The translations under genes were made by a program, and so were the position numbers. A DNA stretch of 64,000 nucleotides from the NCBI GenBank assembly GCA_963706285.1, contig CAVPLU010000016.1, positions 48,111 to 112,110 of the forward strand, given 5' to 3'. This document shows, piece after piece, positions 9,406 to 17,564 of this stretch (position 1 is its first letter; each line of letters opens with the position of its first letter). This DNA is from Candidatus Bathyarchaeota archaeon. Its GTDB lineage: Archaea > Thermoproteota > Bathyarchaeia > 40CM-2-53-6. The notes under the pieces were generated by a model, which did no database searches, was not told where the DNA came from, and worked only from the letters and a program-made list of their open reading frames with translations.

Positions 9406-9834
9406 CTATTTCTTTCGCTTCTTCTTAGGGGCGGGAGTTCTCTTTTTCGTTATGTGGTAGATGTCGAGCCAGATTCCGTCGATGACTTTGAAGAATGCGA
9501 CTTTCCATTCGCCATCTTCAATTGGTCCAATCATGGGAGGATATCCAGCATCTTTTAGTCGTTGCACGGCTCCGTCGAAATCATCAACCTCGAATCCTAA
9601 GTGATCCAGCTCGTCACCTTCTTTGAAGGGGCCTGCGACTGGGCTGTCATCTGCGTACCAGTTGATCTCTAGCCAATGCTTCTCGTCGAGTGACAAGAGG
9701 TTTGCGAACTCCCCTTTGTTCGAAGGAGCCTTGATACGACCTTGCACCTTCATTCCGAGGACATTCGTGAAGAATTGAATTGCGTTATCGAGATCTCGGA
9801 CACGTATCCCCGTGTAACCGAACTTGAATCTCAT
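9406..9834 (-). CDS. VOC/glyoxalase family protein
   Basis: YTGIRVRDLDNAIQFFTNVLGM and ELDHLGFEVDD. Start placed at MRFKF because the upstream extension runs through the repeat sites. Confidence 0.88.
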   Translation of the reverse strand: MRFKFGYTGIRVRDLDNAIQFFTNVLGMKVQGRIKAPSNKGEFANLLSLDEKHWLEINWYADDSPVAGPFKEGDELDHLGFEVDDFDGAVQRLKDAGYPPMIGPIEDGEWKVAFFKVIDGIWLDIYHITKKRTPAPKKKRKK

Positions 9835-9895
9835 GATAGGCAAGAGTGCTCGTTTCGGTATTAAGACTGTACCAAGGACCGATGCCATACCAGTG

Positions 9896-9991
9896 TGTGT
9901 GGTAGTAATGGTGCGAGCGCCCAAATTTTGGCCGTCGTCGTTTGAGGTTTTTGTGTGTGGATCTATTGGTGCGGGCGCCGTAATTTGAACC
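9896..9991 (-). repeat. Two tandem copies (58-bp period) of the dispersed site
   Basis: On the + strand: TGTGTGG-TAGTAA-TGGTGCG (9896-9915) and TGTGTGG-ATCTAT-TGGTGCGGGCGCCGTAATTTGAACC (9954-9991). Confidence 0.78.
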
Positions 9992-10349
9992 GTCGATTGG
10001 CGTCGTAGTTTGACTGTGTGTGCGCACCAAGATGCCTGTATACACACAAGAATCAATGGTTTGAACCGTGACGGACGACGGGTTAGGGAAAGAATCCTCC
10101 TACTGATTCCTCATTTGATGACTGACTCAAAGGGGTCGATCATAATCACTATGAAGAGTCCGATGAAGCTTGTGTGATTCCGGCAAGACGAAGAAACCAA
10201 GAACCACATGGAGTGCATGAGAGAGCCCGACGAAACGCGCAATGACAGAAGTTAATCGAAATAATTGTGGAAGTCATTAGCGATTCCAGAAAATGTATTT
10301 GAAAAATGGGGGTAACTGGGAGCGTATGTCTCCCAGGTTACTTACGATT

Positions 10350-10874
10350 TTATGCCTTAACGTTAGGCTCGTACGCGAATAGTGTCTCGCTTCTCCAGAT
10401 CCCATCAGTATGACCTATTTGTTCGACCGTAGATTTCATGAGGTCCTCATAGTTCCTTGCCTTGGAACTCATGATGATGTCGAACTGACCTGGAATACTC
10501 CACGCGTCGTATATGGCGGGTAGCTTCTTCAGCTTCTGTATAACTTCCGGTAATGGCTTATTCACTGATAGGAGACTGAATCCCCAAACGCCCTCCGCGT
10601 CAAGTTTCTGACCGTTAACGAATCCATCATTTGCAGTGAAAGTATTGGTGCTGTTTACTCCGTGGATACTACGTATCTTGTTAACTATACTGTAGACTTG
10701 CTCTGGAGTACTGTTCTTGATTCGCATAATGATATCGTATCGACCGGTCACTGGTGCGCTGAACTCTATATCGCTGTACTTGCGTAGCTCCTCAACCACA
10801 TGTGGCAACCGGTCATGCTGGACCTTTGCGAACACGTAAGTCGGGAACATTTTGTTTGCTTGCATTATTTTCAC
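10350..10874 (-). CDS. Tandem Lrp/AsnC ligand-binding (RAM) domain protein without HTH
   Basis: Two repeats: VTGRYDII..IRSIHGVNSTNT and IPGQFDII..IGHTDGIWRSET. Confidence 0.8.
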   Translation of the reverse strand: MKIMQANKMFPTYVFAKVQHDRLPHVVEELRKYSDIEFSAPVTGRYDIIMRIKNSTPEQVYSIVNKIRSIHGVNSTNTFTANDGFVNGQKLDAEGVWGFSLLSVNKPLPEVIQKLKKLPAIYDAWSIPGQFDIIMSSKARNYEDLMKSTVEQIGHTDGIWRSETLFAYEPNVKA

Positions 10875-10929
10875 CTACTAACTCCAAGTATTGTTAAGCC
10901 TAAGTATAGCTGTATCATGCATATAACAG

Positions 10930-11664
10930 TTGTTACCAGAAGATATATCTGTAACATTCACCAATTCAGGCATGAATGAACCCATGAAAACGGTAAGAAG
11001 GCGAACGATATCCGGAGTCGTAGTGGATCTGTTAACGCGAAACCACCCCGTTTACCAGCACATTCGGATGGGACTCATCAACTATCACGCCTTAGCCGCA
11101 AGAATCAAGCCTACCGTGGACCGGATTACTGGCAGGGACGTGAACGTTAACACGATAGTTGTAATTATCAAGAGGTTTTCGGATGCACAATCCAAACTTG
11201 GGCTACCACTCACCATGTCCATACTTAGAAATTCAAAAATGAGTTTGAGTAGTGGAGTGGTTGACGTGACAATTACTCCTAAGAGAGAAGCTTTCATTGG
11301 CGAATTGAGGAGGCTCGTGGAACTATCTACTGAAATGGACGAACGCCCACATATCTTCCCCCTCGTCAACTCAATCAAGATCATTGCCGACGTAAACGAC
11401 TATGGAAAACTGAAAACGGCACTGAAAGGCCGATACTCCCTAAAGCCTCGAATGAATACGGTGAAAATTATGATACATCTATCCGAGGATGCTGAGAGGC
11501 CTCCTGGAATCGCCGCGTACATTACTGACCTGCTCTACCGCAACGGAATAAACATCATAGACGCATTCCTAGGATACGAAGACATCATCCTCATACTCGA
11601 TGAGTCAGATGGATCACGAGCATACACAATATTGGAAGAGGAGACCAGCGAAGCTCGCAAGTGA
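10930..11664 (+). CDS. Archaeal ACT-domain regulatory protein
   Basis: MGLINYHALAARIKP N-terminal motif and PGIAAYITDLLYRNGINII ACT domain. Confidence 0.8.
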   Translation: MLPEDISVTFTNSGMNEPMKTVRRRTISGVVVDLLTRNHPVYQHIRMGLINYHALAARIKPTVDRITGRDVNVNTIVVIIKRFSDAQSKLGLPLTMSILRNSKMSLSSGVVDVTITPKREAFIGELRRLVELSTEMDERPHIFPLVNSIKIIADVNDYGKLKTALKGRYSLKPRMNTVKIMIHLSEDAERPPGIAAYITDLLYRNGINIIDAFLGYEDIILILDESDGSRAYTILEEETSEARK

Positions 11665-11708
11665 GCCTGCCAATGCACTATTCGAGGGATGCGGCTACAA
11701 CTCTTTAA

Positions 11709-11835
11709 CGCGTGGGTCAGCTGGTGCGCGACGACGAAAAACGTCCCTCCCATGCGAGGTTCAATTCTGGGTGCTCCACACTAGTGACCACGACGACGGG
11801 TCAGATCCAGTAGTTTTGTGCGTGCGCACCAAGAG
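11709..11835. repeat. Cluster of degenerate copies of the dispersed site
   Basis: CGCGTGG-GTCAGC-TGGTGCG (11709-11728), GGTTCAATTCTGGGTGCTCCACACTAGTGACCACGACGACG (from about 11758) and GTGCGCACCAAGA (about 11822). Confidence 0.55.
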
Positions 11836-12018
11836 GCTCTCATGAGTGAGGAGCGAGACAGAGCACGAATCCTATCTCCAAATGCTTTGCGGCAGCCATA
11901 GACGGATACGTTCCAGTACGCAACCAGCTTGTGTTTGCAGCGCTTGCAGTTGAATGAGAAAAAGGAGGTCGAGCATGTGTTGTGCTCGACCTAGGTCGGT
12001 TTAGTTTCGACGCTCTAA

Positions 12019-12186
12019 TTACCAATAGTTCGGATATCCGTACGAACCGTAGGTGTATGGATAACTATACGAACCATAGCTGTAACCGTACGTTGGGTTG
12101 TCGCATGATGGATAACCGTACGACGTAGGGAACAGATAGTCCGATAAGTGATTGTAGTAAGTACCTCCAATAGTTACATGACCCAT
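12019..12186 (-). CDS. 55-aa Tyr/Gly/Ser-rich low-complexity peptide (not in ORF track)
   Basis: MGHVTIGGTYYNHLSDYLFPTSYGYPSCDNPTYGYSYGSYSYPYTYGSYGYPNYW. GGAGGTGG ribosome-binding site upstream. Starts 21 bp after the stop of the RHH gene. Confidence 0.7.
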   Translation of the reverse strand: MGHVTIGGTYYNHLSDYLFPTSYGYPSCDNPTYGYSYGSYSYPYTYGSYGYPNYW

Positions 12187-12207
12187 TTTTCTTTCCACCT
12201 CCCCTTC

Positions 12208-12372
12208 TTACATCCGATCTCCAGGCTTCGACCAAGCCTTACCTAGCCAGTCATTGACAGCTTCCTCGATCGCGCAGCTGAGGTCTCCTTTCTTCCCTCC
12301 GAGCCTCTTCACAATTGTCAATCGCAGTCGGTGCTCAACATTGTCCGAGAGCACTACGTAGATTCTTCCCAA
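12208..12372 (-). CDS. Ribbon-helix-helix protein, 54 aa (not in ORF track)
   Basis: MGRIYVVLSDNVEHRLRLTIVKRLGGKKGDLSCAIEEAVNDWL. Clear paralog of the gene at 12466-12762. Confidence 0.8.
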   Translation of the reverse strand: MGRIYVVLSDNVEHRLRLTIVKRLGGKKGDLSCAIEEAVNDWLGKAWSKPGDRM

Positions 12373-12410
12373 AGATTATCTGGCCGAACCCTATATGCGC
12401 AAAGCGCGCT

Positions 12411-12420
12411 ATAAGCTTAT
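12411..12420. promoter_or_regulatory. Palindrome ATAAGCTTAT, candidate RHH operator
   Basis: About 40-50 bp upstream of the RHH start. The same palindrome lies upstream of the paralog. Confidence 0.5.
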
Positions 12421-12465
12421 CTATTTAACGTTATACAGATATAACTGCATGACTGCGACTGAATT

Positions 12466-12762
12466 TCAGTACGTCTTGGGGGCAGATTTAGAATGCGTGT
12501 ACACATCGGTCTTTTTGGGATCATGCTCATTGTTCTCGTTGGATCGTTTCGAAGCACGGGGTCTCTCTGGACCTCTTTCATGCAGCTGGCCGCGCACCCA
12601 TTTGGTAATGTCGGCTTCTGTCGCATGTTTGTCCAGCCATTCTTTGATAGCCACCTCGATGGCACTGCTTAGATCGCCCTTCTTTCCGCCGAAAATTGTG
12701 ACAACGGCCAGTCGGAGTCTGCGTTCCGTTTCGTCAGAAAGAACTATGTACATCTTACCCAA
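12466..12762 (-). CDS. Ribbon-helix-helix protein with charged C-terminal tail
   Basis: MGKMYIVLSDETERRLRLAVVTIFGGKKGDLSSAIEVAIKEWL. TTG start chosen by alignment with the paralog. Confidence 0.8.
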   Translation of the reverse strand: MGKMYIVLSDETERRLRLAVVTIFGGKKGDLSSAIEVAIKEWLDKHATEADITKWVRGQLHERGPERPRASKRSNENNEHDPKKTDVYTHSKSAPKTY

Positions 12763-12793
12763 AATCAACATTCCCCTGACGGACGCCATATTC

Positions 12794-12833
12794 AGCTTAT
12801 CGATATAAGCTTATAACTTATAACCTTATAAGC
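12794..12833. promoter_or_regulatory. CTTATA/TATAAG repeat cluster with TATAAGCTTATA palindrome, candidate RHH operator/promoter
   Basis: AGCTTATCGATATAAGCTTATAACTTATAACCTTATAAGC, between divergent genes. Confidence 0.55.
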
Positions 12834-12871
12834 GGCACAGTTCAACTATTTTAGGTCCTGAGTTAATTGAT

Positions 12872-13132
12872 ATGAGCAAGATCTATTCTATGATAGCACC
12901 TTTACTTGGCGTAAGTTTGTTTCGAATTCTTAACGAATTAGGTGTGAATCAGACTGCAGGTTCTATGGTTAATTCAGCCTATACGTGGCTGGTGACCCTG
13001 AATCCGATCCTACTGATAATCCTGGGCATAATCGTATTCGTCGCTGGGAGGCTAGCGAAATGGATCGGCATCATAATGGTCATCGTCGGCGTCATCTTCC
13101 TAGTCCTACCGTACATACTAGGCGTCATCTAG
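12872..13132 (+). CDS. Small membrane protein
   Basis: Two strongly hydrophobic helices in the C-terminal half. Confidence 0.65.
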   Translation: MSKIYSMIAPLLGVSLFRILNELGVNQTAGSMVNSAYTWLVTLNPILLIILGIIVFVAGRLAKWIGIIMVIVGVIFLVLPYILGVI

Positions 13133-13147
13133 CCGAGGCCGTGTAAC

Positions 13148-13318
13148 ATGAGCAAAGAAGAAGTAAAGGGAAAAAGTAAGCAAATCAAGGGACAGATTCG
13201 TGAAGAAGTAGGCAAATTGACGAAGAACAAAACGGAACAGCTCAAAGGCAAGATTGAGCAAGTCGAAGGAAAAGCACAAGAGGAAATAGGGAAGTTCAAA
13301 AGAAAGGCCAAAGAGTAA
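13148..13318 (+). CDS. CsbD-like stress protein, 56 aa (not in ORF track)
   Basis: MSKEEVKGKSKQIKGQIREEVGKLTKNKTEQLKGKIEQVEGKAQEEIGK matches the CsbD/YjbJ pattern. Confidence 0.85.
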   Translation: MSKEEVKGKSKQIKGQIREEVGKLTKNKTEQLKGKIEQVEGKAQEEIGKFKRKAKE

Positions 13319-13491
13319 GCCGACGTTCTGGCACGTACGCGCGCACTAATTTTCTCCGTAGTTTTGCGTTTACAGAGCTTTTTCAACTGTTTGGATACTC
13401 ATGCTCTGCTCAGCTGAAAGAAGAATTGTGTAGCGTAGTCTCACCAAGGCTTATCTACAAATTTCGAATAATTAGCATCCGGGTAATCATA

Positions 13492-13692
13492 ATGGCTGTG
13501 AAGATACTGGAACTGATAGGAAGCTCCGATAAGAGTTGGGAGGATGCAGTGCAAGAGGCCTTGAGAGAAGCCGCGAAAACTGTGAGGGAAATCGTTGGCG
13601 TAGATGTGTTGGGATTCAAAGCAGATGTGAAGAATGGCAAGATTAGCCGATATAAGGCCCACGTCAAGATAGCCTTCACCGTTGAACGATAA
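13492..13692 (+). CDS. Dodecin (flavin-binding) family protein
   Basis: KILELIGSSDKSWEDAVQEAL..YKAHVKIAF. Confidence 0.9.
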   Translation: MAVKILELIGSSDKSWEDAVQEALREAAKTVREIVGVDVLGFKADVKNGKISRYKAHVKIAFTVER

Positions 13693-13721
13693 TTCAATCC
13701 GGTAACATTGGAGGATCACGG

Positions 13722-13937
13722 ATGTTATCGGAACTCAAGACTTGTGGCATTTGTAACAGGGAGAACCTGCCAGAGAGCAGTTTTTGTGACCTATGCGGAT
13801 CGCCTTTCGAAGTTCTGGTGGAATGCAGTTGCGGATGCTGTCATCCTGAAGCAGTATTCTCTGATCCAAGCGACTATCCTGAAGCAGTATTCTTGATAGA
13901 CTATCCTGAAGCAGTATTCGCGACAATTATTGGTTAA
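13722..13937 (+). CDS. Small zinc-ribbon protein with triple (D)YPEAVF repeat
   Basis: CGICNRENLPESSFCDLCG. ATCCTGAAGCAGTATTC repeated at 13843, 13876 and 13903. Confidence 0.55.
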   Translation: MLSELKTCGICNRENLPESSFCDLCGSPFEVLVECSCGCCHPEAVFSDPSDYPEAVFLIDYPEAVFATIIG

Positions 13938-14515
13938 CACTTAACGCTAATCGCATTCGAAGATTACTCTATCCTTACATCAGAACTAGCTGACAAGATA
14001 CGGAAGACTAGAGCCTCAAAGAGGGAACGAAACGCAGCACCAAGTGACCCGACAACGACGATAAACGAACGCCTATCCTGTGGCAGTTCAATTCGCTGCA
14101 ATGAGAGCCGACACGCGGACAGAGCACCGCCAGTACGGGTCCTTTTTCAGATGTGTACCCTTAAGCACACAACCACCTGAGGAACCCCCGACATCCAAGT
14201 CCCGTGAAAAGGCGAGCCTGTCTAACCTATGATGATGACAGGCCAGTGAAACTGTGGCATGACTGCCATACGCGACACTCAGCGCTCGTTAATGACACAG
14301 GCATTACCCCTCCGAAGAACTCTCGGTGCGGCAAATACGGACGATCTCGTGCAAGCAACGAGTCGCAACTCTTTAGCAGCTTGCAAGCATCCGCGTCAGA
14401 TATCGGCATCTACTGTCTCTCGAATGCTCAATTTTGGGGTGTTCTGATCCCGAAAGACTCTTACAGCAGATTATCCCATACAGTTGAACTGGGATTGTTC
14501 TTGAGATTCAAGTCG

Positions 14516-16144
14516 GTGAAATCGCGAACAATAGTTCTGGCTGCGTTGATTTTGGTCGCGTATTTTGTTGGTTTGCTTGTACCGCAAGCGCATGCCTGGA
14601 ACCTATCCTCGAGTCCTGCGACGAGAACGACGACACCCGGCGGCACGGTTACGTTTACGATCTCGGTTTTTTACGAGCCTCCCGAGGCCGTTCTTGGGAC
14701 GGTCCAGCTGTTGGTGTCGCCTCCAGAGCTGGGCTTAACGCCCAGTTTTTCGCCGACAAGTGGGTCTATTCCGTTTACCTCAACCTTGACGGTTCAAGTA
14801 AGCGCCACGAAGGCAGTTGGGGTTTACTCTCTCCCTGTGTGGGCGCATCCTACAGCCATCCCCTACCCCGGCCCTGGCAACAAAGCAATTAATGTGCAAG
14901 TTGTGGTGGCAGCAGCTTCAACGGATTGGGCATTATCAAGTCCCACATTGTCACCTGCTTCTCCTAACGTCGGAGACCCAACCACCTTCCAAGTGATTCT
15001 GACCGCTTTGAGCACGAGTCTATCTTATCCGCAGAGTCCAACCCTTCTTGCGCAAGTCGATGGCGTCCCCGTCGGTGGTGGTTCCGTAAGCTACCCCGGC
15101 CCAACAGGGATCCCGGCTACTGTCTACTCGGCGCCGCCATGGTCTGCCACAGCCGGCACCCACACGATAGTTTGGACAGTAAGTTCTGGAGTCTCAGATC
15201 CTAACCCGTCGAACAATCAGGTGTCGCGTACGTTCACGGTGGGGCCTCCGCCCGCTCAGTTTGATTTCGAAGTATTGGCCTCACCGACTGATAGCACAGC
15301 AACGCCCGGGAGCAGCACTAGCTACACAATAATGGTGAATCTCCTCTCCGGCTCAACTCAGAGCGTCACACTGAGCTTATCCGGACAACCGGGAGGCGTC
15401 AGTGGAGCATTCTCTCCTTTGTCTGGAAGTCCCACGTTCTCATCGTCGCTGACGCTTTCCGTTGCTTCTTCTGTCTCCACGGGAAGCTACACAATGACTG
15501 TAACTGGGGTCGGCGGAGGCAAGACGCACACAGCCACAATCAAGCTGACCGTGTCACAAGCTCCAGACTTCCGGATTGATGTGAGCCCGCCGTCTGTGAG
15601 TGTCAGCCAAGGACAGGTAGCCTCTTACTCTGTCAGCATCTCGGGTCTGAACGGATTCAACTCGCAAGTCTCGTTATCAGTCTCAGGAGCACCAGCTGGC
15701 GTCAATCCTGTATTCACCGTCCCGTCAGGAACCCCCAGTTTCAATTCGATTCTGACCGTTACCCTTCCAGGCAATGTCCAGACCGGTTCCTTCACTTTGC
15801 AGATAACAGCGTCGGGGGGAGGTCTCACTAAGATCGCGAATGCTGTGCTAGTCATCTCGGCTGCTACTGGAACTCAAACTCAAACACAGACTCAAACCGA
15901 AACGCAGACTGAAACAACGACTTCAGGTGTCTTACCGTTCGACATATTCCAACAGAGCAACCTGCTCTTGATAGCCGTTCTAGCCATAGTGATACTGGCG
16001 CTTCTTGCGCTGTTGCTGCGAAGGCGGAAGTCTGCTTCGCCGCCTCCACCACCCGCCAACCCCTGTCCAAAGTGCGGCCAACCATTGACGTACGTCAAGG
16101 AATATGATCGATGGTACTGCAACAACTGTAAAGAGTACAAGTGA
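14516..16144 (+). CDS. Secreted/surface protein with Ig-like repeats, Thr-rich linker, TM helix and cytoplasmic zinc finger
   Basis: Signal peptide ending AHA, beta-rich repeats (F.P.SG.P.F.S.LT), CARDB-like SNN motif, TQTQTQ linker, TM helix and CPKCG..WYCNNC. Confidence 0.85.
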   Translation: MKSRTIVLAALILVAYFVGLLVPQAHAWNLSSSPATRTTTPGGTVTFTISVFYEPPEAVLGTVQLLVSPPELGLTPSFSPTSGSIPFTSTLTVQVSATKAVGVYSLPVWAHPTAIPYPGPGNKAINVQVVVAAASTDWALSSPTLSPASPNVGDPTTFQVILTALSTSLSYPQSPTLLAQVDGVPVGGGSVSYPGPTGIPATVYSAPPWSATAGTHTIVWTVSSGVSDPNPSNNQVSRTFTVGPPPAQFDFEVLASPTDSTATPGSSTSYTIMVNLLSGSTQSVTLSLSGQPGGVSGAFSPLSGSPTFSSSLTLSVASSVSTGSYTMTVTGVGGGKTHTATIKLTVSQAPDFRIDVSPPSVSVSQGQVASYSVSISGLNGFNSQVSLSVSGAPAGVNPVFTVPSGTPSFNSILTVTLPGNVQTGSFTLQITASGGGLTKIANAVLVISAATGTQTQTQTQTETQTETTTSGVLPFDIFQQSNLLLIAVLAIVILALLALLLRRRKSASPPPPPANPCPKCGQPLTYVKEYDRWYCNNCKEYK

Positions 16145-16246
16145 CGCTCCGAGTAACCTTCATGTTCTCGCGCCCGCTACTACGCAGTTCGCAAACCCAT
16201 ATCGCTATATGAAAGTTGGTACCGTTCACAACAGCAGGGAAAATCT

Positions 16247-16618
16247 ATGGTAGATCTAACTTCAATAGTCATACAAGTAATCGTGGGCGTCATCATCGTA
16301 TCTCCAGTTCTCTGGCTTGTAGGCCGCTCAATGGTCGGCAAACTGAAGGCAAAGTTCACTGACGCAATATGGATCGTAGTTCTAGGCACAGTCATCAATG
16401 CTCTCCTTGGAGCGTACATCCACGGTGTAGTAGGACTCGCAGTGACCCTGATAGTGTGGATCGCGCTAATCCATCACTTCTTCGATGCGGGCTGGGGCAG
16501 ATCGATACTGATCGGCGTCATCGCAATAATAGTCCTAGTAGTGATAGTCTTCATACTTGCATTGCTAGGCTTCGCCGCTCTAGCCGGGCTGGGCGGACTA
16601 AGCGCACTAGGACTCTGA
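16247..16618 (+). CDS. Integral membrane protein
   Basis: Four hydrophobic helices, followed by a T-rich tract. Confidence 0.8.
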   Translation: MVDLTSIVIQVIVGVIIVSPVLWLVGRSMVGKLKAKFTDAIWIVVLGTVINALLGAYIHGVVGLAVTLIVWIALIHHFFDAGWGRSILIGVIAIIVLVVIVFILALLGFAALAGLGGLSALGL

Positions 16619-16808
16619 TTTTCATCACAGACACCTAACCCCTCTCCTTTTCTTTCTTCGTTTGGTAATTAGAAGCTGCGTCCCTATCGTCGGCTGTACC
16701 TCGCGAGAGAATGACATTCGACTAGGACGAGTCGGGTGCGTCCTTTCGCTTGTGCCCACCCACTATAGGCTCTGATGTGGGCTCGCATCCACTAAGGGTG
16801 GATATCGG

Positions 16809-17030
16809 TTAGTTGAATTGGCAAAAGTCGAGCGTCCACTGAACCCTGTAGTGACGTCTCTGGCAGAGCGCAGCCAGATTCCACGGCAGAAGATTCCACT
16901 TGTTACCGTTCAGGTTGTGGACTGCTAGCAGACCTCTAAAGAGGGGCCGCTTTCCGGGAAAGAGGGGCCGCTTTGAGACGTGCCGGGCACTGGTCCGAAA
17001 TACGAGCGGGTAGACGACTTTGACGATCAC
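16809..17030 (-). pseudogene. Degenerate HNH endonuclease relic
   Basis: LAVHNLNGNKWNLLPWNLAALCQRRH resembles the HNH motif VHHxxGNKxN..NLxxLCxxCH with H-to-N and C-to-R changes. Internal 15-bp duplication AAGAGGGGCCGCTTT. Confidence 0.55.
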
Positions 17031-17072
17031 GCTTTGAATCTCTCGGCGAGTTCTGATCGAAATGCATGACCG

Positions 17073-17468
17073 CTAGAGAATGAGTTTTCCGAATGTGATA
17101 AGATCCTTCATCGTTACGATCCCGACGAGTCTGTCGGACTTGTCGACGATGGGTAGGTGGCGTATGTTGTTTCTTCGCATGTGCGCGTAGGCTTCTTCCA
17201 CCGGTGCTTGCGGAGTACATGTCACTGGGGGGCTCTTCATGATGTCCTTGACGAGCATGTGGTTTGGGTCGTGTCCTGATGCGGCGCATCCCACGAGATC
17301 GCCCTCCGTTACTATGCCTACAACTTTCTCTCGTTCAACCACGACCACGCATCCTATCTTCCTCGCAAGCATGGTTTTGGCTGCGTCGACTAGGTGATCG
17401 TCGGGCTTCGCGGTCCCGACTTCCTTGTTCATGATTTCCTCGATCTGATCGAGAACTTTAGGAAACAT
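17073..17468 (-). CDS. CBS domain pair protein
   Basis: VGIVTEGD and IRHLPIVD..LVGIVTMKD. Confidence 0.92.
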   Translation of the reverse strand: MFPKVLDQIEEIMNKEVGTAKPDDHLVDAAKTMLARKIGCVVVVEREKVVGIVTEGDLVGCAASGHDPNHMLVKDIMKSPPVTCTPQAPVEEAYAHMRRNNIRHLPIVDKSDRLVGIVTMKDLITFGKLIL

Positions 17469-17564
17469 CTTCTATCCTTACTGTGGGAGTTGGACATTAG
17501 ACGATAAATGTGTTGCCAATACAGCCGTACGGTGCGGCCGGTGGGTTCTATGGAGCGCCACAGG

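Noticed and set aside
9896-10070. CRISPR-like array with about 58-bp period
   Set aside because: Only 2-3 degenerate units, and copies are dispersed in both orientations elsewhere. Better described as a site family.
12032-12129. Plasmid iterons or centromere repeats (GGATAACCGTACG) next to RHH genes
   Set aside because: The repeats lie within an open frame that has a strong RBS and synonymous variation, so the coding explanation is preferred, though not proven.
13843-13919. Mini CRISPR array
   Set aside because: Repeats are 17-21 bp with only 6-16 bp between them, they are in frame with an ORF, and there are no cas genes or leader.
14204-14515. N-terminal extension of the surface protein
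   Set aside because: The signal peptide begins at GTG 14516, and the upstream translation looks non-coding.
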